The notes under the pieces were generated by a model, which worked only from the letters and a program-made list of their open reading frames with translations, was not told the DNA's origin and made no database searches. The position numbers and the translations under genes were made by a program. Below are positions 1 to 9,209 of a DNA stretch of 64,000 nucleotides, one piece after another. Position 1 is the first letter of the stretch. Each line of letters starts with the position of its first letter. The DNA is taken from contig OY843592.1 in NCBI GenBank assembly GCA_963692865.2, positions 64,001-128,000 on the forward strand. Reading direction: 5' to 3'. Origin of the DNA: a bacterium. GTDB taxonomy: Bacteria > UBA8248.

Positions 1-372
1 TTCGCCCGGAATCTTGGCTATGAGACGCCGCTTTCGGAGGATGTCTCGCCACTCGACCCGGCGGACATCCGCCCGAGCAACGAGCGCGGCAACGTGAGCT
101 GGCTCACGCCCCTGGGCAACCTGATGGTCACCTGCCACGCGCCCGGGACGCCCGGGCACTCATGGCTCGCCACGCAGCAATACGGGATGGAAATCGGGGA
201 GAAGGGCATGATGACAGCCGCCAAGACCATGGCGGCCACCGCGCTGGAACTCATCGGTGACGAGAGCGTATTGAAGCAGGTGCGGGAGGAGTTCGAGGAG
301 AAGACGAGGGGTTTCACATACGACCCCATCGTCCCCGAGGGGCAAAAACCGAACCCCCTGGGCATGAGATAG
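1..372 (+). CDS. M20-family amidohydrolase (AbgB-like), C-terminal part, truncated by window start
   Basis: Frame is open from base 1. Contains GNVSW..P and PGTPGHSW..G.KGM..AAK.MA, typical of AbgB-like C-termini. Confidence 0.75.
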   Translation, partial: FARNLGYETPLSEDVSPLDPADIRPSNERGNVSWLTPLGNLMVTCHAPGTPGHSWLATQQYGMEIGEKGMMTAAKTMAATALELIGDESVLKQVREEFEEKTRGFTYDPIVPEGQKPNPLGMR

Positions 373-417
373 AAATCATCCAAGGATGATGCACAGTACG
401 AACCAAAGGAGCAGACT

Positions 418-1257
418 ATGAAGTTCGGCGTCGCGATTTTCCCGACCGATTATTCCATCGCCCCGCACCGGGTCGCCAAGGAGGCGGAAGACAGGGGTTT
501 CGAGTCCATCTTTTTCCCGGAGCACACCCACATTCCGGCGAGCAGAAAAACCCCCTGGCCCGGCGGCGCGGAACTCCCGAAGGAATACTCGCACTCGCTC
601 GATCTTTTCGTGGCGCTGGGGGCAGCGGCGGCGGCGACGGAAAAAATCATGCTGGGCACGGGCATCTGCCTCGTCATCGAGCGCGACCCGATCACCCTCG
701 CCAACGAGATGGCTTCGCTCGACCACATATCGAACGGCCGCGCGCTATTCGGGGTGGGCGGCGGCTGGAACCGCGAGGAGATGGAAAACCACGGGACGAA
801 CTACGAGAAGCGCTGGATTATCCTGCGCGAGCGCATCGAGGCCATGAAAGCCATCTGGACGGAAGATGAGGCCAGCTATCACGGAGATTTCGTGGATTTC
901 GAGCGCATCTGGTCCTGGCCCAAGCCGGTGCAGAAGCCGCATCCACCCATACTCGTGGGCGGCAACGGGGCGAGAACGCTGGATCGCGTGGTGCGCTACG
1001 GAGACGAGTGGATGCCGCTGCCGCGCGGTGGCCTGGACCTCTCGCCGCGAATTCGGGAACTTCAGGATCTGGCCGCCAAGGCGGGGCGAGCGCCCATTCC
1101 GGTCACCATATTCTTCGCGCCTCCCGACCTGGAACAGTTGCATGCTTTCGAGAACCTCGGCGTGGGAAGGAGCCTCTTCCACCTGCCCTCGGCGGAGGAA
1201 GACGTCATCTTGCCGAAACTCGACGAGTTGGCCGGCGTCGTGGCGCAATACGGTTAA
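418..1257 (+). CDS. LLM-class (putative F420-dependent) oxidoreductase, Rv2161c-like
   Basis: MKFGVAIFPTDY..., PEHTHIP, GGGWNREEMENHG, PKPVQKPHPPILVGG. RBS AAGGAG upstream. Confidence 0.88.
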   Translation: MKFGVAIFPTDYSIAPHRVAKEAEDRGFESIFFPEHTHIPASRKTPWPGGAELPKEYSHSLDLFVALGAAAAATEKIMLGTGICLVIERDPITLANEMASLDHISNGRALFGVGGGWNREEMENHGTNYEKRWIILRERIEAMKAIWTEDEASYHGDFVDFERIWSWPKPVQKPHPPILVGGNGARTLDRVVRYGDEWMPLPRGGLDLSPRIRELQDLAAKAGRAPIPVTIFFAPPDLEQLHAFENLGVGRSLFHLPSAEEDVILPKLDELAGVVAQYG

Positions 1258-1260
1258 GAT

Positions 1261-1298
1261 AAAAAAGCCCCCGGCAGGCTGCAACCCGCCGGGGGCTT
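1261..1298 (-). terminator. Intrinsic terminator between convergent genes
   Basis: AAGCCCCCGGC...GCCGGGGGCTT stem preceded by an A-run (U-tail on the minus strand), downstream of msrA. Confidence 0.75.
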
Positions 1299-1314
1299 AC
1301 TCGTTCGTGTGCGG

Positions 1315-1779
1315 TTAGTGGCAGATGATCCCGTTTTTCTCGGCGTATTGCTGGTGATAGTCCTCGCCAATCCAGAATCGTGACGCTGGGGTAATCTCTG
1401 TCACAATCGGCCCCCAGTGGCGCCCCGATTTCTCCTCCTCCTGCTTGGAAGACTGCGCAGCGGCCTCCTGCTCGGGCGAGAAGAAATAAATCGCCGAGCG
1501 GTACTGGGCGCCCACGTCGGGACCCTGGCGGTTCAGCGTGCACGGGTCGTGAATCCGCCAGAACAACTCCAAGAGTTGGCGGTAAGAGACTTTCTCGGGT
1601 TCGAACTCCAGGTAGACGACTTCCGCATGTCCCGTGCGGCCCGTGCATACCTCCCGGTAGGTGGGCTCATTCTTCGCGCCGCCCGAATATCCCACCGCGG
1701 TGTACGCCACGCCTTCCACTTTGCGGAACGCCGCCTCCACCCCCCAGAAACAACCTGCGCCGAACATGGCCTTTTCCAT
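1315..1779 (-). CDS. msrA: Peptide-methionine (S)-S-oxide reductase
   Basis: GCFWG catalytic motif, [30 protein letters not shown]. Confidence 0.96.
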   Translation of the reverse strand: MEKAMFGAGCFWGVEAAFRKVEGVAYTAVGYSGGAKNEPTYREVCTGRTGHAEVVYLEFEPEKVSYRQLLELFWRIHDPCTLNRQGPDVGAQYRSAIYFFSPEQEAAAQSSKQEEEKSGRHWGPIVTEITPASRFWIGEDYHQQYAEKNGIICH

Positions 1780-1809
1780 AAATTACGCTCCTCGCTGAAA
1801 AGAGAAGAA

Positions 1810-2907
1810 CTACGGCTCTATTTCCAAGCTGCCGGGCAAGCCTTCCACCACCTCGCCGAATACGGCGGCGGGAGCCACGCCGGCTTCGTGCAGTTCGTCC
1901 AACAGGGCCTTCGCCTTTTCCGCATCCACGGCGATGACGAGTCCGCCGGATGTCTGCGCATCGTTGAGCAACGCGATCATCTCCTCATCGACGCCCGGTT
2001 TCGAGTCGACGAACGGCTTCGTCCACACGCGGTTGCGCTCGCCACCTCCCGCCGTGCCCGCGATGGCGTGGGGGAGCAATTCCTCGAACCGGGGGACATC
2101 GGAAAAAACGACCCGCGCCCGCGCGCCGCTGGCCTCCATCACGTTGTGCAGATGTCCCAAGAGGCCGAACCCGGTCACGTCCGTGCAGGCGTTTACGCCC
2201 ACGCGCATCATCCGTTCGCTCGCCTTTTTGTTGAGCGCCTTCATCGAATCCACGGCCTCTTCGAACACGCCGTCGCGAAGCGAACCGTTTTTCCCGAAAA
2301 TGCCGCGCGCGGCCCGCACCACCGGGTTCACCTGCTTCGTCACGTTGGTGACGACGCCGGTGCCGATTTTCTTCGTCAAAACGAGCTTATCGCCCGGTTT
2401 CGCCCCCTGGTTCGTGACCATCTTCCTGGGGTCGACCGTTCCCGTGACGGCGATGCCGTATTTGGGCTCCACGTCATCCACGCTGTGGCCGCCCACGATA
2501 ACGCCGCCCGCCTCGCGCATCTTGTCCGCGCCGCCGGCGAGGATTCTCCCCAGCACGTCCAAGCCGATGTGGCAGGGGAAGCCCACCAGATTCAGCCCGG
2601 TAATCGGCTGCGCGCCCATGGTGAAGCAATCGCTCAGCGCGTTGGCGGCGGCTATCTGGCCGTAGTCGTAGGGGTCGTCCACGATGGGCGTGAAGAAATC
2701 CACCGTCTGGACGATGGCCAGGTCTTCTCTGAGCCGATACACGCCCGTATCGTCACCGGCGTTCGTTCCGTAGAGCAGGTTGGGGTCCGAAAACGGCTCG
2801 AACCGGCTCAAAGCCTCCCGCAGGTCCTCCGGACCCAGCTTCGAACCTCACCCGCCCGCCTTGACCATCCGGGTAAGCTGTACCTTTCTCTCCGATGCAG
2901 TCGCCAT
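1810..2907 (-). CDS. selD: Selenide, water dikinase; selenoprotein (UGA=Sec at codon 20)
   Basis: ATG at 2907 with RBS GAGG. Reads MATASERKVQLTRMVKAGG-UGA(2850-2848)-GSKLGPEDL and continues in frame into the track ORF 1810..2811. Motifs TVDFFTPIVDDP, ANALSD, TDVTGFGLLGH, DAQTSGGL. Confidence 0.93.
2822..2836 (-). promoter_or_regulatory. Candidate bacterial SECIS hairpin of selD
   Basis: GGGUCC-GGA-GGACCU stem-loop starting 11 nt after the in-frame UGA. Confidence 0.7.
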
Positions 2908-3041
2908 ATCCTCGCCTCAAAATCCCGAAGCGGCTTGGGAAAATTCCCGTCCGGGGGGATAATAATACATCTCCGGGGGATAGACAAAAAACTGATTTCT
3001 TTTCCCACTTTCTCAATCAATGCCCCTGAAAGGACACCCGA

Positions 3042-4010
3042 ATGAAAGTCGTGATTTCAGACGATTATCAAGACTGCATCCGCAATCTCGATTGCTTTTC
3101 CAAGATGGCGGAACACGACGTCACGATCCACAACGACACGCTGGATGACATCGACGCCCTCGCGGCTCGGTTCCGGGACGCGGAAGCCATCGTCCTGATC
3201 AGGGAACGCACCCACATCACGGAAGAATTGCTCGTCAGACTCCCAAACCTCAAAATCGTGAGCCAGACGGGCGCCGGCTTCGGCGGACACGTCGACCTGG
3301 AAGCTTGCACGCGCCACAAAGTGGCCGTGGCCGCGGGAGGCGCGGGCACTCATTCCACATGCGAACTCACCTGGGGCCTCATCCACTGCGCCATGCGCTC
3401 CATCCCCCAGGAGATCAGGAACCTGGCTGAGGGCGGGTGGCAGACCACACTGGGCGAAGACCTCTACGGCAAGACGCTCGGCGTATATTCCTACGGCAAC
3501 ATCGGCAGCCAGGTGGCCGCCGTGGGAAAGGCCTTCGGCATGAGCGTCATTACCTACGGGAGAGCGGGTTCCGCCGAGCGCGCCCGGGCGGACGGCATTC
3601 CGATAGCCGATAGCAAGGAGGCGCTCTTCGCAGAGGCCGACATCGTGAGCCTCCATATTCGCTTGATCCCCCAGACGAGGGGCATCGTGACGGCGAAGGA
3701 TTTGGGCCTCATGAAACCGAGCGCCCTCTTGGTGAACACAAGCCGCGCCGGGCTGATAGAAGAAGGCGCCCTCGAGGCGGCGCTCAAGGCGGGCAGGCCC
3801 GGTTTCGCCGCCGTAGACGTGTATGAGAAAGAGCCTGTTCGAGGTGCAGAACATCCGCTCTTGAGCATGAAGAACGCGGTTTGCACGCCGCATCTGGGCT
3901 ACGTCACGCGGGGCACGTTCGAGAGATATTTCGGGATCGCCTTCGATCAAATCAACGCCTTCGCCGATGAGCAGCCGATAAACATCCACAACCCCGAAGT
4001 CCTGGAATGA
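3042..4010 (+). CDS. D-2-hydroxyacid dehydrogenase family protein
   Basis: LIRERT, SYGNIG Rossmann-like motif, VNTSRAGL, DVYEKEP, TPHLGYV. Confidence 0.9.
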   Translation: MKVVISDDYQDCIRNLDCFSKMAEHDVTIHNDTLDDIDALAARFRDAEAIVLIRERTHITEELLVRLPNLKIVSQTGAGFGGHVDLEACTRHKVAVAAGGAGTHSTCELTWGLIHCAMRSIPQEIRNLAEGGWQTTLGEDLYGKTLGVYSYGNIGSQVAAVGKAFGMSVITYGRAGSAERARADGIPIADSKEALFAEADIVSLHIRLIPQTRGIVTAKDLGLMKPSALLVNTSRAGLIEEGALEAALKAGRPGFAAVDVYEKEPVRGAEHPLLSMKNAVCTPHLGYVTRGTFERYFGIAFDQINAFADEQPINIHNPEVLE

Positions 4011-4116
4011 GGGCTATTCCGCGTCGATCCCGCATTCGGCTTGATTTTTTGCGCGTGTCGGTGTTCAATCGCCTCCCGAAGCCGAGAAATCACTCACATC
4101 TTTGAGGTTCACCAAT

Positions 4117-5259
4117 TTGGATTTTGCCTTCAATGAGCGCCAGGAACTCATGCGCCGTACGCTGCACGAGCTTTTGGAACGAGTGTGCCCTCCCGAATAC
4201 GCAATGGAGTGCGATAAAAAGGGCGAAGCCCCCATCGAGGCATACAAGGCCATGGCCGATGACGGCTGGATAGGCGTGTCCACGCCGGAGGAATACGGCG
4301 GCATGGGAGGCGACGCGCTCGATCTGGCCCTTGTCCTTGAAACCGCAGGCATGCACTATCTGGACCTCGCCACCATGATCTTCAGAAACGTCTGCTACGG
4401 TGTGGACGCTCTCTTGGTCAGCGGAACGAACGCGCAGAAAAAAGATTTCATCCCCGCCACCATCCAGGGGGAGAAGTATTTCGCCTTCAGTCTCACTGAA
4501 CCCGACGCCGGCTCGGACGCGGCGGCCATCATCGCCCGCGCGGACCGGGAAGAAGACCGCTTCCGCCTCACGGGCACAAAAAACTTCACTTCCGGTATGC
4601 CGACGGCCACACACATTCTCGTCGCCGCGCGAACGGACAACTCGGGCGCCAAGCACGAGGGCATCACGAACTTCATCATCCCCGCCGACGCCGAGGGCGT
4701 CACCTGGTCGAAGCTCGATTTGCTCGGCCACCGGGCGATGGGGACGTGCGTGGTGCATTATGACGCCGTGGAGGCGAGCGAAGCCGATGTTCTGGGAGAA
4801 GTGGGAGACGGCTGGCAGGGCCTCATGGCCTACATCACCACCGAGCGTCTGTGCCTGTCCGCAGCGCGTACGGGCGCGGCGGCGGCGGCCCTTGAGTTGG
4901 CTCTCAATCACGCGAAGGAAAGAAAGCAATTCGGCCGCCCCATCGGGAAATTCCAGGCCGTGAGCCACATGCTCACCGAAATGCACATGCTTGTCGATAC
5001 GGCGCGGCTCCAAGTCTACCGGTTCGCGTGGCTGGTCTCTCAGGGAAAGGCGGGGCGCATCGAGGCGGCGACGCTCAAGCTCTACGCCGGAGAGGCATAT
5101 AAGCGGGTGGCCGACCTGGGCGTGCAGGTGATGGGCGGGTACGGCTACAGCGGAGAATACGCGATGGAACGCCACTACCGCGACGCGCGGCTGGCCACCA
5201 TCGGCGCGGGCACGAGCGAGGTGCAGAGAAACATCATCGCCAAGGCGCTGGGACTTTAA
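4117..5259 (+). CDS. Acyl-CoA dehydrogenase
   Basis: PEEYGG, FSLTEPDAGSD, RKQFGRPIG.FQA, GGYGY..EY..ER.YRD, IGAGTSE. TTG start at 4117 preferred (GAGG upstream). Confidence 0.92.
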   Translation: MDFAFNERQELMRRTLHELLERVCPPEYAMECDKKGEAPIEAYKAMADDGWIGVSTPEEYGGMGGDALDLALVLETAGMHYLDLATMIFRNVCYGVDALLVSGTNAQKKDFIPATIQGEKYFAFSLTEPDAGSDAAAIIARADREEDRFRLTGTKNFTSGMPTATHILVAARTDNSGAKHEGITNFIIPADAEGVTWSKLDLLGHRAMGTCVVHYDAVEASEADVLGEVGDGWQGLMAYITTERLCLSAARTGAAAAALELALNHAKERKQFGRPIGKFQAVSHMLTEMHMLVDTARLQVYRFAWLVSQGKAGRIEAATLKLYAGEAYKRVADLGVQVMGGYGYSGEYAMERHYRDARLATIGAGTSEVQRNIIAKALGL

Positions 5260-5346
5260 CCCTTCCCTCGCTTGATGATTTCGCCGAAAGAGCCGAAACT
5301 GACAACAATCCGAAAGATGAAACGGTATTCATAAGGAAACGATTTC

Positions 5347-5814
5347 ATGCCGTTGGATAGAAGCGTACTGGAGAGAACATTCCCCGAGTTCGAGTTCCGG
5401 GTCGAGCGCGGAAAAATCAGGGAATACGCCCTCGCCCTGGGGCTGACCGACGCGCTGCATACGGACGTGGAGGCCGCCCGGGCGGCGGGTTTTGACGATC
5501 TGCTCGCTCCGCCGACGTTCGTGCGCCAGTTCTGGCACGAAAATCCCCAGAACGACCCCATGCCGCATCTGGGCTACGACCCAAAACGCCGCCTCCATGG
5601 GGAGCAGGAATTCGAATATCATAAACCCCTGGTCGCAGGAATGAACCTGAAGGGAAGAAACGCCATCGTCTCCACCCGTGAGAAAGAAGGGCGCCGGGGC
5701 GGGATGATGACCTTCGTCGTCATCGAAACCAGGTTCGTGGACGAGGAGGGCGAACTGGTTCAGGTGGCGAGGCGCACCCTGATCGAAACCGCGGCCCCTC
5801 CCAAAGAGGCCTGA
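5347..5814 (+). CDS. MaoC-like dehydratase N-terminal-type subunit (HadA-like)
   Basis: VERGKIREYA, APPTF, LHGEQEFEYH hot-dog motifs. Confidence 0.85.
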   Translation: MPLDRSVLERTFPEFEFRVERGKIREYALALGLTDALHTDVEAARAAGFDDLLAPPTFVRQFWHENPQNDPMPHLGYDPKRRLHGEQEFEYHKPLVAGMNLKGRNAIVSTREKEGRRGGMMTFVVIETRFVDEEGELVQVARRTLIETAAPPKEA

Positions 5815-6257
5815 TGGAGAGCTACATGACAACGACTATCGAGTACGCGAAATGGGAGGAACTCACCGAAGGCGCCGAGCACGAGTTGACGGTAGGCCCC
5901 ATTACCCGGACGGACCTGGTTCGCTACGCGGGCGCCAGCGGAGATTTCAACCCCAATCACCACGATGAGATTTACGCGATCCGGGCAGGGTTCGACAAAC
6001 CTTTCGCGCACGGGATGCTCCAGGGTGGATATCTTGCTCGCCTTCTCAGCGAATGGCTGGGGCCGGATTCTTTCAAGAACCTGAAACTCCGCTTCAGCGC
6101 CCAGGCATGGCCGGGCGACATGGTGATATGCAAGGCCGGGGTCGTGCGCCGATACGAAGAGGCGGGCGAGCGTCTGGTGGAAATCGAGGCGAGCGCAGAG
6201 AACCAGCGCGGCGACGTACTCATCAAGGCCACGGCGACCGCCGCCCCTCAAACCTAA
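5814..6257 (+). CDS. MaoC-family (R)-hydratase (HadB-like)
   Basis: YAGASGDFNPNH.D...A...G....FAHGML hydratase motif. Coupled to the upstream gene (TGATG). Confidence 0.88.
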   Translation: MESYMTTTIEYAKWEELTEGAEHELTVGPITRTDLVRYAGASGDFNPNHHDEIYAIRAGFDKPFAHGMLQGGYLARLLSEWLGPDSFKNLKLRFSAQAWPGDMVICKAGVVRRYEEAGERLVEIEASAENQRGDVLIKATATAAPQT

Positions 6258-6273
6258 TTTCAGGATTACTCAA

Positions 6274-7482
6274 ATGCTGGAAGGCTACCGAATTCTCGAT
6301 CTCGGCCAAGTCATCGCCGGGACCATCGGCGGCATGATACTCGCGGACATGGGCGCCGAGGTCATCAAGGTCGAATCTCCACAGGGCGACATCGGGCGCA
6401 ACCCCGCCATCGCGGGCATCGGCTCCGTTTCGAGCATATTTCTCACCTTCAACCGGAACAAGAAGGGCCTTGCCATCGATTTGAAGAAACCCGAAGGCAA
6501 GGAGGTGTTTCTCTCTCTGGTGGAAAAATCCGACGCCGTGATGGTGAACTTCCGGCCCGGCGCCATGGATCGTCTCGGCCTCGGGTTCGACGTGATGAGA
6601 CGGAGAAACCCCGACATCGTATTCGTCGACTCGAGCGGATACGGAGAGCAAGGACCATGGCGCGACAAGCCCGCCTTCGATCTGGTCGAACAGGCCGTAA
6701 GCGGCCATATGTCCATCACGGGCGAGCCGAACCGCCCGCCAGCCAGAAACGGCTCGCCCACGGCGGATATCTCCACCGCTCTCTACACCGCCATCGCCTG
6801 CATGGCGGGTCTGCTGGCCAAGGCGAAAGGAAGAAGCGGTGCGCATCTCGAAGTGCCCATGTTCGACGTTCAGCTCGCCATGCTCGGCTATATTTCGACC
6901 ATGTATCTCAACAACGGCGACATTCCAGAACCGCCCGGCAACGCCCATGAGTACATGGTGCCCTACCAGGCGTTCCCGACGGCCACGATCTACATCGTGC
7001 TCTCCCCGCGTGAGGAGCGATTCTGGAAAAAGATGTGCGAAGTCATGGAAATGAACGAACTCGCGGACGACCCGCGCTTTCGCACAAACGACCTGCGCTC
7101 CAAGAACAGGGACGCCCTCCTCCCCATCATGGAAGAAATCCTGATGACGCGATCCGGCGAGGAGTGGCTCGCGCTCTTCGAGGCGGCGGGCGTTCCCTCC
7201 GCACCGGTGAACCCGCTCGATCGCGCGCTCGATAACGAGCAAGTCGAGGCGAGGCGACTGATACGCGAATACGAATACCCCGAAGTCGGAACCGTGCGGA
7301 TAGTGGGTAATCCCATCCTAAACCGCATAGAAAACGGAAACCCGGATCCCAAGCCCGCCCCACTACATGGAGGCGACACCGAGGCAATACTCAGCGAAGT
7401 TCTCCTCATGTCGGATGAGCAAATCCGCTCACTCATCGAATCCGGGGCCGTTATGACCTCAGGTTCCGAAGTTCCAAGCTAA
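6274..7482 (+). CDS. Family III CoA-transferase (CaiB/BaiF)
   Basis: LADMGAEVIKVE, NRNKK..IDL, NFRPG, SGYG..GP. Confidence 0.92.
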   Translation: MLEGYRILDLGQVIAGTIGGMILADMGAEVIKVESPQGDIGRNPAIAGIGSVSSIFLTFNRNKKGLAIDLKKPEGKEVFLSLVEKSDAVMVNFRPGAMDRLGLGFDVMRRRNPDIVFVDSSGYGEQGPWRDKPAFDLVEQAVSGHMSITGEPNRPPARNGSPTADISTALYTAIACMAGLLAKAKGRSGAHLEVPMFDVQLAMLGYISTMYLNNGDIPEPPGNAHEYMVPYQAFPTATIYIVLSPREERFWKKMCEVMEMNELADDPRFRTNDLRSKNRDALLPIMEEILMTRSGEEWLALFEAAGVPSAPVNPLDRALDNEQVEARRLIREYEYPEVGTVRIVGNPILNRIENGNPDPKPAPLHGGDTEAILSEVLLMSDEQIRSLIESGAVMTSGSEVPS

Positions 7483-7676
7483 TATATGCCCCACTTCTCT
7501 TCGGCGGCATAATCACAAAAACCAAATCTTCTTGTTCGCCTTCCTTTTCGATAATTCTCCGAGTGTAACAACCGTATATATACAAAATTTTACCGATCAT
7601 GACTTGATTTCGTATTTATTTCGTTATATATTTCGCTTTATTTTTGCTATCCCGCGAAACAACATGGAGAGATGCC

Positions 7677-9209
7677 ATGCTTGCCAAAACCCAAGCAGCA
7701 GCCGTACTGGGCGTAGACGCCTATCCGGTCGAAGTAGAGGTCGACCTCGCCTCAGGCCTCCCCTATTACTCCACCGTCGGCCTGCCCGACGCCGCCGTCA
7801 AGGAGAGCAAGGACAGGATTCGCGCCGCCATCGTCAATACGGGTTTCATCTACCCGATGGGACGCATCACCGTCAGCCTCTCGCCAGCGGACGTCCGGAA
7901 GGAGGGCAGCGCCTTCGATTTGCCCATCGCGCTCTCGTTGCTGCGCGCGAACGGCGTGTTTCATTCTCGCTCTCGAATGGAGGATTCTTTGTTGTTCCTG
8001 GGCGAGTTGGCGCTTGATGGCTCCCTGCGGCCCATCCGGGGAGCGCTCAACATCGCCGTTCTCGCCAAGAAGATGGGCAAGCGCGGCCTCGTTCTCCCGG
8101 CGGAGAACGCGCCCGAAGCCGCCGTCGTCGACAAGCTTGAGGTCTACCCCGTCCATACGCTCCCCCAGGTGGTGGGATTCATCCGGGACGAAATCGATAT
8201 TCCTCTGGCGTGTCGCCAGAAAAACGGCATCGAAAAAAAAGAGGTCGATAGAATCGATTTCTCGGACATACGGGGACAACACCAGGCCAAACGAGCCGTG
8301 GAGGTAGCGGCGGCAGGCTCGCACAATCTTTTGATGATAGGCCCGCCCGGCAGCGGAAAAAGCATGTTGGCGAAAAGATTCCCCACCATACTGCCACCGC
8401 TGTCTCTGGATGAGGCCATCGAGACCAGTCAGGTCTGGAGCGTGCTCGGTAAGCTCACGAAACACGACTCACTGATTCAGGAAAGGCCCTTTCGCGCTCC
8501 GCACCACACCATCAGCGACGCAGGCCTCGTGGGCGGAGGCGCGCTCCCGCTGCCCGGTGAAGCCTCGCTCGCGCACAATGGGGTTTTGTTCCTCGATGAA
8601 TTGCCCGAGTTTCGGAAAAACGTACTCGAATCCTTGCGCGGCCCACTAGAAGACGGGAAGATCACCATCAGCAGGGCGCAGGCGAGCCTCTCGTTTCCGG
8701 CACGGTTCATGCTCACCGCCGCGATGAACCCGTGCGTATGCGGCCTGCGGTCGGACGGATCATGCACCTGTACGCCCAAGCAAGTGGCCCGGTACCGCTC
8801 CCGTATCTCGGGGCCGATTCTGGATCGCATCGATATCCACATCAACGTGCCGAGAGTGCCCTGGAAAGAACTCGCCGAAGACCCCGAAGGCGAGAGTTCG
8901 GCGACTATCAGGGGCCGCGTTCTCGCGGCGCAGGAAATCCAGAAAGAGCGCTTCAAGGATCATCCGGGTGTCTACGCCAACGCTCACATGGGGCCGGCCC
9001 TCATCAACGAGCACTGCAAGCTCGACGCCGAGGGCAGGCGCCTGCTCAAGCTGGCGGTGGAAAAACTGGGCCTCTCGGCGCGCGCCTACCACCGCGTGCT
9101 GAAAGTGGCGCGAACCATCGGCGACCTAGCCGGCGAGAGGGACATCGCACCCCAGCACGTGGCGGAGGCGGTTCAGTACCGGCAACTGGACAGGCAAATG
9201 CCCGTTTGA
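7677..9209 (+). CDS. comM: ComM/YifB Mg-chelatase-like AAA ATPase
   Basis: VGLPDAAVKES, RKEGSAFDLPIAL, GPPGSGKS, RPFRAPHHT, LFLDELPEF, AMNPC.CG, LSARAY. ATG at 7677 with GGAGAG RBS. Confidence 0.95.
   Translation: MLAKTQAAAVLGVDAYPVEVEVDLASGLPYYSTVGLPDAAVKESKDRIRAAIVNTGFIYPMGRITVSLSPADVRKEGSAFDLPIALSLLRANGVFHSRSRMEDSLLFLGELALDGSLRPIRGALNIAVLAKKMGKRGLVLPAENAPEAAVVDKLEVYPVHTLPQVVGFIRDEIDIPLACRQKNGIEKKEVDRIDFSDIRGQHQAKRAVEVAAAGSHNLLMIGPPGSGKSMLAKRFPTILPPLSLDEAIETSQVWSVLGKLTKHDSLIQERPFRAPHHTISDAGLVGGGALPLPGEASLAHNGVLFLDELPEFRKNVLESLRGPLEDGKITISRAQASLSFPARFMLTAAMNPCVCGLRSDGSCTCTPKQVARYRSRISGPILDRIDIHINVPRVPWKELAEDPEGESSATIRGRVLAAQEIQKERFKDHPGVYANAHMGPALINEHCKLDAEGRRLLKLAVEKLGLSARAYHRVLKVARTIGDLAGERDIAPQHVAEAVQYRQLDRQMPV

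Noticed and set aside
70-105. SNERGNVSW instead of the STDVGDVSW motif I recall for AbgB-like amidohydrolases
   Set aside because: The gene is truncated by the window, so the active site cannot be evaluated.
1315-1779. MsrA as a third selenoprotein
   Set aside because: The catalytic residue is encoded by TGT (GCFWG) and there is no in-frame TGA.
1417-3045. 542-aa plus-strand ORF and many other long antisense ORFs
   Set aside because: Shadow frames of real genes (msrA/selD etc.) in GC-rich DNA, with no recognisable motifs.
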